From Rickettsia typhi (GTDB lineage Bacteria > Pseudomonadota > Alphaproteobacteria > Rickettsiales > UBA1997): DNA of 64,000 nt. Location: assembly GCA_945875925.1 (NCBI GenBank), contig CAMCME010000002.1:1119-65118 (forward strand), written 5' to 3'. Position numbers and translations under genes: made by a program. The notes below the pieces were generated by a model, which was not told where the DNA came from, did no database searches, and worked only from the letters and a program-made list of their open reading frames with translations. Within the stretch, counting starts at the first letter, position 1; each line of letters begins with the position of its first letter. Positions 1-9,017 of the stretch are shown piece after piece.

Positions 1-31
1 GGTCGATAGTGATGAGATCTTTAACCATATT

Positions 32-964
32 TTAAACTTTTGATTTAACTAAATGTTTGAATATCTCTTCCAAATCTGGTTGATTAGTTGAGATGTCTTT
101 AATGTGAATTTGGTTACTTGATAAGGTTCCAAGAATTTTTTCCACTGCAATCTTGGCTGGATCATAAGTTATTGAAACGCGATCTTTACCTAAAATTTTA
201 GTCTTCAAATCACCAAATAAATTAGCTGCTTCATCAGGATTAGAACAGCTAATAATCAACTCTTTGCTACTCATCAACTTCATCAAATTCTCTTTGCGAT
301 CATGAGCAATTACTTGTCCATGATTGATAATAGCAATTTCGTCGCACAATTCTTCAGCTTCTTCCAAGTAATGCGTCGTAAGCAAAATTGTAGTTCCTTC
401 CTTGTTTAATTTTTTCACATATTCCCAAAGCTGATTACGAAGTTCAACATCAACTCCTGCTGTCGGTTCATCTAACACCAAAACCTCTGGATTATGCACT
501 AGGGCTTTAGCAACTAATAATCTGCGTCTCATACCTCCAGAAAGACTTCTAGGTGTCACCAGAGCTTTGTCCTTCAATCCTAAAGCATCTATAATCTCAT
601 CAGTTCTGCGATCTTTTTTTCTGATGCCATAATAGCCAGCGTAAATTTCTAAAGTTTCGCGCACATTGAAAAATGGATCGATCACAAGCTCTTGTGGCAC
701 GATGCCAATTTTAAATTTTGCTAATTGTTGATTTTGATCGAGATCGATGCCGGCTATTTTTACTTGCCCAGAAGTTTTATTTACGAGCCCTGCAAGAATA
801 TTGATGATGGTTGATTTGCCTGCACCATTTGGCCCTAAAAGACCAAAAAATGAGCCTTTTTTAACTTCCAAATTAATCGATTTAAGAGCTTCTTTAGCTG
901 CGGATTTATTGGTTTTCTGATAGATTTTATTGAGATTTTTTATCTCAATTGCAAGTTCGGACAT
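32..964 (-). CDS. ABC transporter ATP-binding protein (ABC-2/DrrA-like exporter ATPase)
   Basis: 310-aa ORF with Walker A GPNGAGKST, ABC signature LSGGMRRRL and Walker B LVLDEPTAGVD. A minus-strand ATG at 26-28 suggests a coupled downstream gene running off the window. Confidence 0.9.
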   Translation of the reverse strand: MSELAIEIKNLNKIYQKTNKSAAKEALKSINLEVKKGSFFGLLGPNGAGKSTIINILAGLVNKTSGQVKIAGIDLDQNQQLAKFKIGIVPQELVIDPFFNVRETLEIYAGYYGIRKKDRRTDEIIDALGLKDKALVTPRSLSGGMRRRLLVAKALVHNPEVLVLDEPTAGVDVELRNQLWEYVKKLNKEGTTILLTTHYLEEAEELCDEIAIINHGQVIAHDRKENLMKLMSSKELIISCSNPDEAANLFGDLKTKILGKDRVSITYDPAKIAVEKILGTLSSNQIHIKDISTNQPDLEEIFKHLVKSKV

Positions 965-993
965 TTTATTTCTGACTTAGATTTTTATACACA

Positions 994-1101
994 TGTCACC
1001 CCGCACTTGCCCGCGGGTTCCACTTCATCGCAAGTAAAGTTGTTAATTATTTATAATAACTACTTATCAAAATGGACCCCGCGGGCAAGTGCTGGGTGAC
1101 A
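994..1101. repeat. Palindromic element, family E (TGTCACCCCGCACTTGCCCGCGGG termini)
   Basis: ~25-bp GC-rich terminal inverted repeats flank an AT-rich centre. Intergenic. A partial second copy lies at 35349-35378. Confidence 0.8.
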
Positions 1102-1113
1102 AAGGAGGGAAAG

Positions 1114-1434
1114 TTAAATCACGCCTTTTTCTTTCAGTAATTCTTGCAACTCACCTGATTGAAACATCTCTTTCACGATGTCGCAGCCACCAATGAATTC
1201 GCCTTTAACATAAAGCTGAGGAATGGTCGGCCAATCAGAATATTCTTTAATTCCTTGTCTAATTTCTGGATCACGAAGCACATCCACATCCACAAAATCT
1301 ACACCAACTTGGTTTAACACATGAGACACAGCTGCAGAAAATCCACATTGTGGCATGTCTTTGCTGCCTTTCATATAAAGGACTACAGCATTATTATCGA
1401 TAGTTTCTTGAATTCTATTTAAGGCGTCTGACAT
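1114..1434 (-). CDS. grxD: Grx4-family monothiol glutaredoxin
   Basis: 106-aa ORF with CGFS active site (PQCGFS), WPTIPQLY and GGCDI motifs. Confidence 0.92.
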   Translation of the reverse strand: MSDALNRIQETIDNNAVVLYMKGSKDMPQCGFSAAVSHVLNQVGVDFVDVDVLRDPEIRQGIKEYSDWPTIPQLYVKGEFIGGCDIVKEMFQSGELQELLKEKGVI

Positions 1435-1456
1435 ATTTTTTAATTTATTATTTTTA

Positions 1457-1693
1457 CTAATTTGTAGGAGCGGATGTTTTCAATTGCATCGCGTGAAGCA
1501 CATCACCAAGAATTTCTTTTAGCGCGATATTCACCATCTTATGTTGTTCAATCCTTGTTTTTCCAGCAAAAATTTTATCAGTGATTTTTACACTGTAATG
1601 ATTGTCGTCATCAACCAAAGCAATCACTTCGATTTGGGCGTCAGGAAAAGAATTTTTTAAGAGTTTCTCTAATTCTGTTTTAGCTATTGGCAT
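1457..1693 (-). CDS. BolA family protein
   Basis: 78-aa ORF with BolA-like pattern (F.GK...EQHKMV...LHA). It lies directly upstream of its known partner grxD. Confidence 0.8.
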   Translation of the reverse strand: MPIAKTELEKLLKNSFPDAQIEVIALVDDDNHYSVKITDKIFAGKTRIEQHKMVNIALKEILGDVLHAMQLKTSAPTN

Positions 1694-1727
1694 GGTTGTA
1701 ATTTTAAAATTTCGAGTTTGTACATTC

Positions 1728-1830
1728 TCCCCACTTTCATTTCGAACGCAGTGAGAAATCTCATGACTCTTAAACTCCGAGCCCCAATTTCATGAGATTT
1801 CTCACTGCGTTCGAAATGAAAGTGGGGGGA
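1728..1830. repeat. Palindromic element, family A (..TCATTTCGAACGCAGTGAGAAATCTCATGA.. arms)
   Basis: Near-perfect ~40-bp inverted arms around a ~25-bp centre. Intergenic between bolA and the pnp terminator. Confidence 0.9.
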
Positions 1831-1841
1831 AAATATAGATA

Positions 1842-1874
1842 TAAAAAAGCCCCTGTAGTTTTGGCTACAGAGGC
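1842..1874 (-). terminator. Rho-independent terminator of pnp
   Basis: Minus-strand hairpin GCCUCUGUAG-CCAAAA-CUACAGGGGC (one G-U pair) followed by UUUUUUAU, about 43 nt after the pnp stop. Confidence 0.75.
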
Positions 1875-1916
1875 TAATTTAGAAAGCTTTGTAAAAAAGA
1901 GCTTTAGTTTTTTTGA

Positions 1917-4247
1917 CTAACCAAAAAAACCACGGCGTTTTTTAACTGGCTCACCGCCACTGTTTCTGTCAGAACCGCGATCATCTCTACGATCAGAACC
2001 ACGGTCGTCTCTTCTTTCTCTTCTTTCACCACCACGATCATCTCTACGATCGTCACCTCTTCTGTCATCTCTTCTTTCTCTTCTTTCGCCACGATCTTCT
2101 CTTTCATCCATTTGCGGTCTAACTGCAAGGGTGCTAGAAATATCTTCGCCGGTTTTTTGATCAACACAACGGTAGCTTAATTTTGGACGACCTTTTTTGT
2201 CGAAACCAATAACTTTAACTTTAACGATATCGCCTTCATTGATTACATCTTCAACGAAATCAACTCTATATTCAGCAAGTTCAGAAATGTGAACGAAGCC
2301 ATCACGGTTATTTGAAATGCTAATGAACGCACCAGCATCAATAACTTTAACAACTGGGCCTTCATAAATATCACCAACTTCTGGTTCGAAAATAATTTCG
2401 TTAACCATAGTCACGGCTTTTTTGATAGCGTCATTACTGTTAGAAGTGATTTTAACTGTTCCATCATCTTCAACATCCATAACCACACCAGCAACAGCGC
2501 AAATTTCTTTAATAACTTTGCCGCGAGAACCGATTACTTCACGAATTTTTTTCGGTGGAATATTCATGATTTCAACTCTTGGTACATTTGAGTTAAGCTC
2601 AGCTCTAGGAGTAGCCATAACTGCAACCATTTTTTCCAAGATATGCATTCTGCCAGCGTAAGCTTGCTCAAGGGCTTTGCCCATGATTTCAGAATTGATG
2701 CCGTTTATTTTGATATCCATTTGTAAAGAAGTGATACCATTTTTAGTGCCAGCAACTTTAAAATCCATATCACCAAGATGATCTTCATCACCCATGATGT
2801 CAGAAAGAACTACATATTCATTTCCTTCTTTGATAAGGCCCATAGCGATACCAGAAACTGGTTCTTTAAGTGGAACACCAGCATCCATAAGAGATAGTGA
2901 ACCGCCGCAAACTGTGGCCATTGAAGAAGAACCGTTTGATTCAGTGATTTCTGAAACAACTCTAGTTACATAAGAGAAAGCTTCGCTGTTTTTTGGAAAT
3001 ACTGGGTTCAAAGCTCTGAAAGCTAATTTACCGTGACCGATTTCTCTTCTTCCAGCTGGCTTCAATTGACCAGTTTCGCCTACTGAGTATGGAGGGAAAT
3101 TGTAATGTAACATGAAAGAATCTTTAGTCATAGCGTCTAATCCTTCGATCATTTGCTCGTCTTTTGTAGAACCAAGAGTTGTGATAACCAAAGCTTGAGT
3201 TTCGCCACGAGTAAATAATGCAGAACCGTGAACTTGTGGCAATAGACCAACTTCAATTTCGATTTGTCTGATTTGATCAGGGCTACGGCCATCAATTCTA
3301 GAACCGCTTTTCAAGATGTCATTACGCACGATATCTTTTTCAAGATGTTTGAAAATTGATGAAACTTTATTTTTAGAAATGCCAGCTTCTTCGTTAACGA
3401 ATTTAGAAACAACATCAGTTTTGATAGCATCAAGCTCGCTAGATCTGATTTGTTTTTCGCGTTTTTTGTAAGCAGACATCATTCTTTCGCCGATGAAAGC
3501 TGTGATTTCTTTTTCTAAAGCAGAATTATCTTCTGTAACAACTTCGATTTTTGCTTTACCAGCTGCAGCAGCGAATTCTTTAATTAATTCGATTACTGGT
3601 TGGAATTGTTGGTGACCAAAATTTACAGCTTCAAGCATTTGAGCTTCTGTAAGTTCTTGAGCTTCTGATTCGATCATCAAAACAGATGATTCGGTACCAG
3701 CAACAACTAGATCTAATTTGCTTTGTTTAACTTCTTCATTGCTTGGGTTAACAACATATTGATCATCAATTATACCAACTCTGATACCAGCAACTGGTTC
3801 CAAGAATGGAGCTTCTGAAATTGCTAAAGCTGCAGAAGATGCAATTAAAGCTAGAATATCAGGAGTGCAGCTAGAATCGTAAGAAAGAACTGTACAAACT
3901 ACATTCACTTCATTGTGGAAATTGCTTGGGAAAAGTGGTCTGATCGGACGATCAATCAATCTTGCAGTAAGAGTAGCGGCATCTGAAGGCTTAGCTTCTC
4001 TTTTGAAGAATCCACCTGGAATTTTTCCAGCAGCGTATGATTTTTCTAGGTAGTTCACAGTAAGAGGAAAAAAATCAACTCCTTCCATTGCTTTTTTAGC
4101 AACTGTTACCGCACAAAGAATTGTAGTATTACCAAGTTTTGCAACAACTGCTCCACCAGCTTGACGGGCAATTTTGCCAGTCTCAAGGGAAAGCATTTTA
4201 CCATTCCAATTGATTTCTTTTTTAACGATATTGAACATATTTTTCAT
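1917..4247 (-). CDS. pnp: Polyribonucleotide nucleotidyltransferase (PNPase) with unusual charged C-terminal tail
   Basis: 776-aa ORF with two RNase PH-like halves plus KH and S1 regions (GDIYEGPVVKVIDAGAFISI). Conserved truB-rpsO-pnp order. The start may be MFNIV at 4238. Confidence 0.95.
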   Translation of the reverse strand: MKNMFNIVKKEINWNGKMLSLETGKIARQAGGAVVAKLGNTTILCAVTVAKKAMEGVDFFPLTVNYLEKSYAAGKIPGGFFKREAKPSDAATLTARLIDRPIRPLFPSNFHNEVNVVCTVLSYDSSCTPDILALIASSAALAISEAPFLEPVAGIRVGIIDDQYVVNPSNEEVKQSKLDLVVAGTESSVLMIESEAQELTEAQMLEAVNFGHQQFQPVIELIKEFAAAAGKAKIEVVTEDNSALEKEITAFIGERMMSAYKKREKQIRSSELDAIKTDVVSKFVNEEAGISKNKVSSIFKHLEKDIVRNDILKSGSRIDGRSPDQIRQIEIEVGLLPQVHGSALFTRGETQALVITTLGSTKDEQMIEGLDAMTKDSFMLHYNFPPYSVGETGQLKPAGRREIGHGKLAFRALNPVFPKNSEAFSYVTRVVSEITESNGSSSMATVCGGSLSLMDAGVPLKEPVSGIAMGLIKEGNEYVVLSDIMGDEDHLGDMDFKVAGTKNGITSLQMDIKINGINSEIMGKALEQAYAGRMHILEKMVAVMATPRAELNSNVPRVEIMNIPPKKIREVIGSRGKVIKEICAVAGVVMDVEDDGTVKITSNSNDAIKKAVTMVNEIIFEPEVGDIYEGPVVKVIDAGAFISISNNRDGFVHISELAEYRVDFVEDVINEGDIVKVKVIGFDKKGRPKLSYRCVDQKTGEDISSTLAVRPQMDEREDRGERRERRDDRRGDDRRDDRGGERRERRDDRGSDRRDDRGSDRNSGGEPVKKRRGFFG
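1920..2110 (-). repeat. Coding low-complexity repeat (R/D/E/G tail of PNPase)
   Basis: Reiterated CGATC/TCTCTTCTTTC units encode REDRGERRERRDDRRGDDRRDDRGGERRERRDDRGSDRRDDRGSDR. Confidence 0.85.
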
Positions 4248-4292
4248 CTTATGATTAATTACTAGGACAACAAAACACTTTGTTGTGTTTTT

Positions 4293-4405
4293 GCAGCAAA
4301 CAATAATGACACCTAAATTTATTTGCTGCGTGGGATACCTGTTTAAGGGTAAGGTATTAGCACCTTGATCGAGATTAGCTCTATTTTAAGTCAATAGAGC
4401 TAATC
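4293..4405 (-). promoter_or_regulatory. rpsO-pnp intergenic hairpins (candidate pnp leader / processing site)
   Basis: Two strong hairpins: 4373-4405 (GATTAGCTCTATT/AATAGAGCTAATC) with no U-tract, and 4293-4329 (GCAGCAAA..TTTGCTGC). The position matches the autoregulated pnp leader known in other bacteria. Confidence 0.45.
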
Positions 4406-4414
4406 CAAATTTAA

Positions 4415-4696
4415 CTATTTTCTGATTTCTAATTTTTTGATTAGATCTTCATAGCGTTGCACTGATCTAGATTTTAGATAGTCAAGCAAGCTTCTTCTTC
4501 TTCCAACCAAAATCAACAGACCTCTTCTTGATGAAAAGTCGCTTTTGTGAACTTTAAGATGCTCTGTAAGATTATTGATTTGTTTAGTGATAACTGCGCA
4601 TTGTACTTCAGTTGAACCTGTATCTTGCTTGCCTTTAGGGCTGGTTACAGCAAATGCTTTTACAACTTCTTTCTTTGATTGTGTAAGAATCGACAT
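4415..4696 (-). CDS. rpsO: 30S ribosomal protein S15
   Basis: 93-aa ORF with S15 hallmarks DTGSTEVQ and HLK.HKKD-like HLKVHKSDFSSRRGLL. Confidence 0.95.
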   Translation of the reverse strand: MSILTQSKKEVVKAFAVTSPKGKQDTGSTEVQCAVITKQINNLTEHLKVHKSDFSSRRGLLILVGRRRSLLDYLKSRSVQRYEDLIKKLEIRK

Positions 4697-4722
4697 TCTT
4701 TTTTCCTCATCTATTACTTTAA

Positions 4723-5742
4723 TTAACTAAAAACATTGACTGGGCTAAGTAGATTTTCTTCAAACTTACCTAAACCAATTAATTCACCATTATTAACAAC
4801 GCGAGCATTACTTAAACAAGATGGCTTGAGAGATGCATGATTTAAATCTGCAGTAGAATCTGAAACAAAATAATTGCCTGAAACAACATTGATTGTGACA
4901 ACCTGACCATTTTTGAACCTAGCGGCATCCAGATCATTTAAGCTGATCTCTATCATAAAATCTAAGACATCGTGCAAACAAAGCATCGAGCTATCAAGAA
5001 AACGGCCGCCATAATTAGCCAGCGTTTTTAACTTAGCAAGTGAAATTGTTTTGTCGTAAAAAAATTTTCCAACTTGCAGCCTAGTAAGCTCAGATACATA
5101 TCCGCAAACGCTAATTTTTCTGCATAAATCACGAGCAAAAGATCGCACATAAGTGCCTTTGGAACATTCAATTTCGAAGTCACCGAATTCTGCAGTATTT
5201 TGAATTAATTTGGCCGAAAAAATTGTCACTTCGCGTTCTTTAATTTCAAAATCTATATCTTTACGAGCCAATTCATAAGCTCTTACACCATTAATTTTTA
5301 TGGCTGAAAATCGCGAAGGAACTTGTCTGATTTTGCCGATAAAATGTGGTAAAGCCGAAATTATTGCCGCAGTTTTTGGCCTTGCTTCACTGGTTTCCAT
5401 AACTTTTCCTTCAATATCATCACTATCACGAAACTCACCCCAAGAAATTCTAAAAAAATATTTCTTCTGAGCTCCTTCAATATATTGGCAAGTTTTAGTG
5501 GCTTTATTTAAAGCTATAGGAAGAACGCCCGAGGCAAATGGATCAAGAGTTCCGGCGTGTCCAACTTTTTTGGCACCCGTAAGTCTTTTTACAATCGCCA
5601 CAACTTTAGCTGATGAATAGCCCAGAGGTTTGTCAATATTAAGCCAGATATTTTGGGATTGGAGATTCAAGGATTTGGGAGATTGGAAATTGCGATCTGT
5701 TATGCATCTTAGCAAAAAAAGAGATTTATGTAAGAAACACAA
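4723..5742 (-). CDS. truB: tRNA pseudouridine(55) synthase TruB
   Basis: Motifs WLNIDKPLGYSS and GHAGTLDPFASGVLPIAL (catalytic Asp). The ORF-track start is TTG. The true start is uncertain (alternative TTG at 5670). Confidence 0.88.
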   Translation of the reverse strand: MCFLHKSLFLLRCITDRNFQSPKSLNLQSQNIWLNIDKPLGYSSAKVVAIVKRLTGAKKVGHAGTLDPFASGVLPIALNKATKTCQYIEGAQKKYFFRISWGEFRDSDDIEGKVMETSEARPKTAAIISALPHFIGKIRQVPSRFSAIKINGVRAYELARKDIDFEIKEREVTIFSAKLIQNTAEFGDFEIECSKGTYVRSFARDLCRKISVCGYVSELTRLQVGKFFYDKTISLAKLKTLANYGGRFLDSSMLCLHDVLDFMIEISLNDLDAARFKNGQVVTINVVSGNYFVSDSTADLNHASLKPSCLSNARVVNNGELIGLGKFEENLLSPVNVFS

Positions 5743-5762
5743 ATCTCTTTTTCTTAAATTTA

Positions 5763-6653
5763 TTAAACCGTATTGGCACCAGAAATGATGTCGATAAGTT
5801 CCTTAGTGATATTAGCTTGTCTAGTTCTGTTATAAACCAGAGTAAGATTTTTGATCATCTTACCAGCATTATTTGAAGCGGCTTCCATGGCGGCCATTCT
5901 GGCACCTTGTTCAGAAGCGCTATTTTCTAGCAATTCATTATAGATTTGCATGGTCAAACTTTTTGGCAAAAGGTCATGAAGAATTTCTTCTTGATCAGGC
6001 TCATATTGCATTGGTGATTCAAGAGCAGTCTCTTGATCAAGTTTAATATTAGCTTGTACAGGAATTAATTGCTTACAAACTTGCTCTTGCAAAATTGCTG
6101 ATTTGAATTTGCTGTAGATAACTTCGCAAACATCGAATTCATGATTAGCGTATTTTTCTACTAATTTTTGAGAGATTTCTTCAGCACTTTTATGCTCAAT
6201 AATGCCTCTGAAAATTCCAAAAACATGATCAATGATTCTTTTTCCGTAAAGTGATTTCAATTGTTCGTAGGCTTTTTTACCAACACAAAGAATTTTTACT
6301 TCGCGGCCTTCAGAGATCAAGTTATTGATGTGATTCTTAGCAAATTTTACAGTAGCGGTATTTAAACCACCGCATAAACCACGGTCAGAAGATAAAATTA
6401 CTACTAAGTGGGTAGTATTTTTACCATTGCCGGTAAGAAGTGGGAATTTTTCACTTAAATTTCCACGCACTGCAGCATTTGAAGCTAGCTCAGAAACAAT
6501 CTCGTGAATTTTTTCAGCATAAGGGCGAGAAATTTCAACCGCATGCTTAGCTTTTTTCAAACGAGAAGCCGCAACCATTTTCATGGCTTTGGTCATTTTT
6601 TGTGTCGATTTTACCGACTTAATTCTGAGTTTTAGCGATTTTAAATTTGCCAT
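5763..6653 (-). CDS. atpG: F0F1 ATP synthase subunit gamma
   Basis: 296-aa ORF with N-terminal IKSVKSTQKMTKAMKMVAASRL and C-terminal NRTRQANITKELIDIISGA. Confidence 0.93.
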   Translation of the reverse strand: MANLKSLKLRIKSVKSTQKMTKAMKMVAASRLKKAKHAVEISRPYAEKIHEIVSELASNAAVRGNLSEKFPLLTGNGKNTTHLVVILSSDRGLCGGLNTATVKFAKNHINNLISEGREVKILCVGKKAYEQLKSLYGKRIIDHVFGIFRGIIEHKSAEEISQKLVEKYANHEFDVCEVIYSKFKSAILQEQVCKQLIPVQANIKLDQETALESPMQYEPDQEEILHDLLPKSLTMQIYNELLENSASEQGARMAAMEAASNNAGKMIKNLTLVYNRTRQANITKELIDIISGANTV

Positions 6654-6667
6654 TGTCCTAGAATTAT

Positions 6668-8257
6668 TTACTGATGAGATAATCTATCATTAAGACCAGC
6701 ATGGTCGAATGAAGCAGAAGGAGTTTGATTCAAGAAAATTGCTAAAAATTCTTCAATCGCTTTTTTAAGAGCAACTTCTGTAGTTTCAGAAATTTTTTGC
6801 TCTTGTTTGATTGAAGCCAAAATTTCTGGATGTTGAGATTTTAATTTGCGTAAGAATTCTTTTTCAAAACGCACAACATCTTTAACCGGAACATTATCTA
6901 AGTAACCTTTAACACCAGTGTAAATTGAAGCAACTTGGTCTTCTAAAGTAACTGGAGAATATTGTTCTTGTTTCAAAAGCTCGGTTAATTTGCGACCTTT
7001 ATCAAGCAATTTTTGAGTAGCTTGGTCAAGATCAGAACCGAATTGAGCAAAAGCTTCAAGCTCACGGAATTGCGCCAAGTCAAGCTTAATAGTTCCAGCA
7101 ACTTGCTTCATAGCTTTCGTTTGTGCGGCAGAACCTACACGAGAAACTGAAAGACCTACATTCACCGCTGGTTTGATACCTTTGTAGAATAATTCTGTTT
7201 CTAAGAAAATTTGTCCGTCAGTAATCGAAATTACATTGGTTGGAATGTAAGCAGATACATCGCCAGCTTGAGTTTCGATGATTGGAAGTGCGGTTAATGA
7301 ACCACCACCCATTGCATCAGACATTTTAGCAGCGCGCTCTAATAAACGAGAGTGAACATAGAATACATCTCCCGGATAAGCTTCGCGTCCTGGTGGGCGA
7401 CGAAGAAGAAGTGACATTTCGCGATAAGCAACAGCGTGCTTAGAAAGATCATCATAAGCAACCAAAGCATGCATGCCATTGTCGCGGAAATATTCGCCAA
7501 CTGTACAACCAGTATAAGGAGCGAAGAATTGTAGAGCCGCACTTTCAGAAGCAGTTGCAGAAACAACCACAGAATATTTCATCGCACCAGCATCTTCCAA
7601 AGTTTTAACGATTTGGGCAACTGTTGATCTTTTTTGGCCGATCGCAACATAGATACAGAAAAGTTTTTGCTTTTCATCATTATCAGCGTGAGCTTTAGCT
7701 TGGTTGATGAATGTATCTAACACGATTGCAGTTTTACCAGTTTGACGATCCCCAATGATCAATTCTCTTTGTCCACGACCAATTGGAATCAAACTGTCAA
7801 TTGCTTTGATACCCGTTTGCATTGGTTCGCCAACTGATTGACGAGCGATAATTCCAGGAGCTTTAACTTCAACACGACGATATTCAACATCTTGTAACGC
7901 ACCTTTTCCGTCGATTGGATTTCCAAGAGCGTCAATAACGCGGCCCAAAAGACCTTTTCCAACTGGAACTTCTACAATTTTACCAGTTCTTTTAACATCA
8001 GAACCTTCCTTGATTGTTTGAGCATCACCGAAAACTACGATACCAACATTGTCAGTTTCAAGGTTAAGTGCCATGCCTTTAACACCAGAAGCAAATTCAA
8101 CAAGTTCACCAGCCTGAACATTATCAAGGCCATAAACTTTTGCAATTCCGTCACCAATTTTAACTACTTCACCGATTTCTTTAAGTTCCGCAGAAGTTCT
8201 GAAATTCTCGATTCTTTTTTGTAGGATGTTGGAAAATTCTTCGACTCTAAATTCCAT
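6668..8257 (-). CDS. atpA: F0F1 ATP synthase subunit alpha
   Basis: 529-aa ORF with P-loop GDRQTGKT and conserved [22 protein letters not shown]. Confidence 0.95.
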   Translation of the reverse strand: MEFRVEEFSNILQKRIENFRTSAELKEIGEVVKIGDGIAKVYGLDNVQAGELVEFASGVKGMALNLETDNVGIVVFGDAQTIKEGSDVKRTGKIVEVPVGKGLLGRVIDALGNPIDGKGALQDVEYRRVEVKAPGIIARQSVGEPMQTGIKAIDSLIPIGRGQRELIIGDRQTGKTAIVLDTFINQAKAHADNDEKQKLFCIYVAIGQKRSTVAQIVKTLEDAGAMKYSVVVSATASESAALQFFAPYTGCTVGEYFRDNGMHALVAYDDLSKHAVAYREMSLLLRRPPGREAYPGDVFYVHSRLLERAAKMSDAMGGGSLTALPIIETQAGDVSAYIPTNVISITDGQIFLETELFYKGIKPAVNVGLSVSRVGSAAQTKAMKQVAGTIKLDLAQFRELEAFAQFGSDLDQATQKLLDKGRKLTELLKQEQYSPVTLEDQVASIYTGVKGYLDNVPVKDVVRFEKEFLRKLKSQHPEILASIKQEQKISETTEVALKKAIEEFLAIFLNQTPSASFDHAGLNDRLSHQ

Positions 8258-8302
8258 AATATTTTGATTTTTGGTTGTTATGAATTTTGTTAATTAAGAC
8301 TT

Positions 8303-8851
8303 TTAATTAATGGCGCTGGCGAATTCTTGACTCAAATTCAGCAACTGATTTTTCAGACTTGCATCAATGACATCAGAACCGATTCTAACTTGAAAACCAC
8401 CTAGAATTTGTTGATTGATGGTTTTTTTAACTTCGATCACTTTATCCGAATATTTCTTTTCGATTAAAGCTTTTATTTGGCTTAACTGCGCTGCTTCAGG
8501 CTCGGCAGCAAAGGTTATTTCTGCTTCTAAAATATTTTTTTGTTTTTTTAGTAACACAGAAAATTCTGCGTAAACTTCTAAAAATAAACTCAATCTTTTA
8601 TTGTCAGCAAGAGTTAGAAAGAAGCTAGAAACAATTGGCTCAAAAGAAAATTTTTGAGTAATTTCTTCCATAATTTTAACTAAATCATTTCTTGAAATTA
8701 CCGGATTTTGCAATTCATTAGCAAAATCATAAGTAAAATGACTTTTGAAAACTTCTAATTCTGCTGCGATTTTATCAACAGCATTATTTTTTTTAGCTGC
8801 TGATAACAAGGCTTTAGCATAATTTCTAGCAATGACAGAGGATTTTAGCAT
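8303..8851 (-). CDS. atpH: F0F1 ATP synthase subunit delta (OSCP)
   Basis: 182-aa ORF starting ..IARNYAKAL, with the GG..V.IG....D.S pattern near the C-terminus. Positioned upstream of atpA. Confidence 0.85.
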   Translation of the reverse strand: MLKSSVIARNYAKALLSAAKKNNAVDKIAAELEVFKSHFTYDFANELQNPVISRNDLVKIMEEITQKFSFEPIVSSFFLTLADNKRLSLFLEVYAEFSVLLKKQKNILEAEITFAAEPEAAQLSQIKALIEKKYSDKVIEVKKTINQQILGGFQVRIGSDVIDASLKNQLLNLSQEFASAIN

Positions 8852-9017
8852 TATAGATATTTTCTAAATTCTTTAGGGCTGGAACATCGACTAAGACGAC
8901 GAAAAGGCTGCGCAAATTACTTTTTTGGAAATAAAAAGCAACCCGCGATATGTGATAATTAGACTTTCTATATTCTAAATGTATTTAGAAAGATTTCACA
9001 ATTCACGAGATATTATT

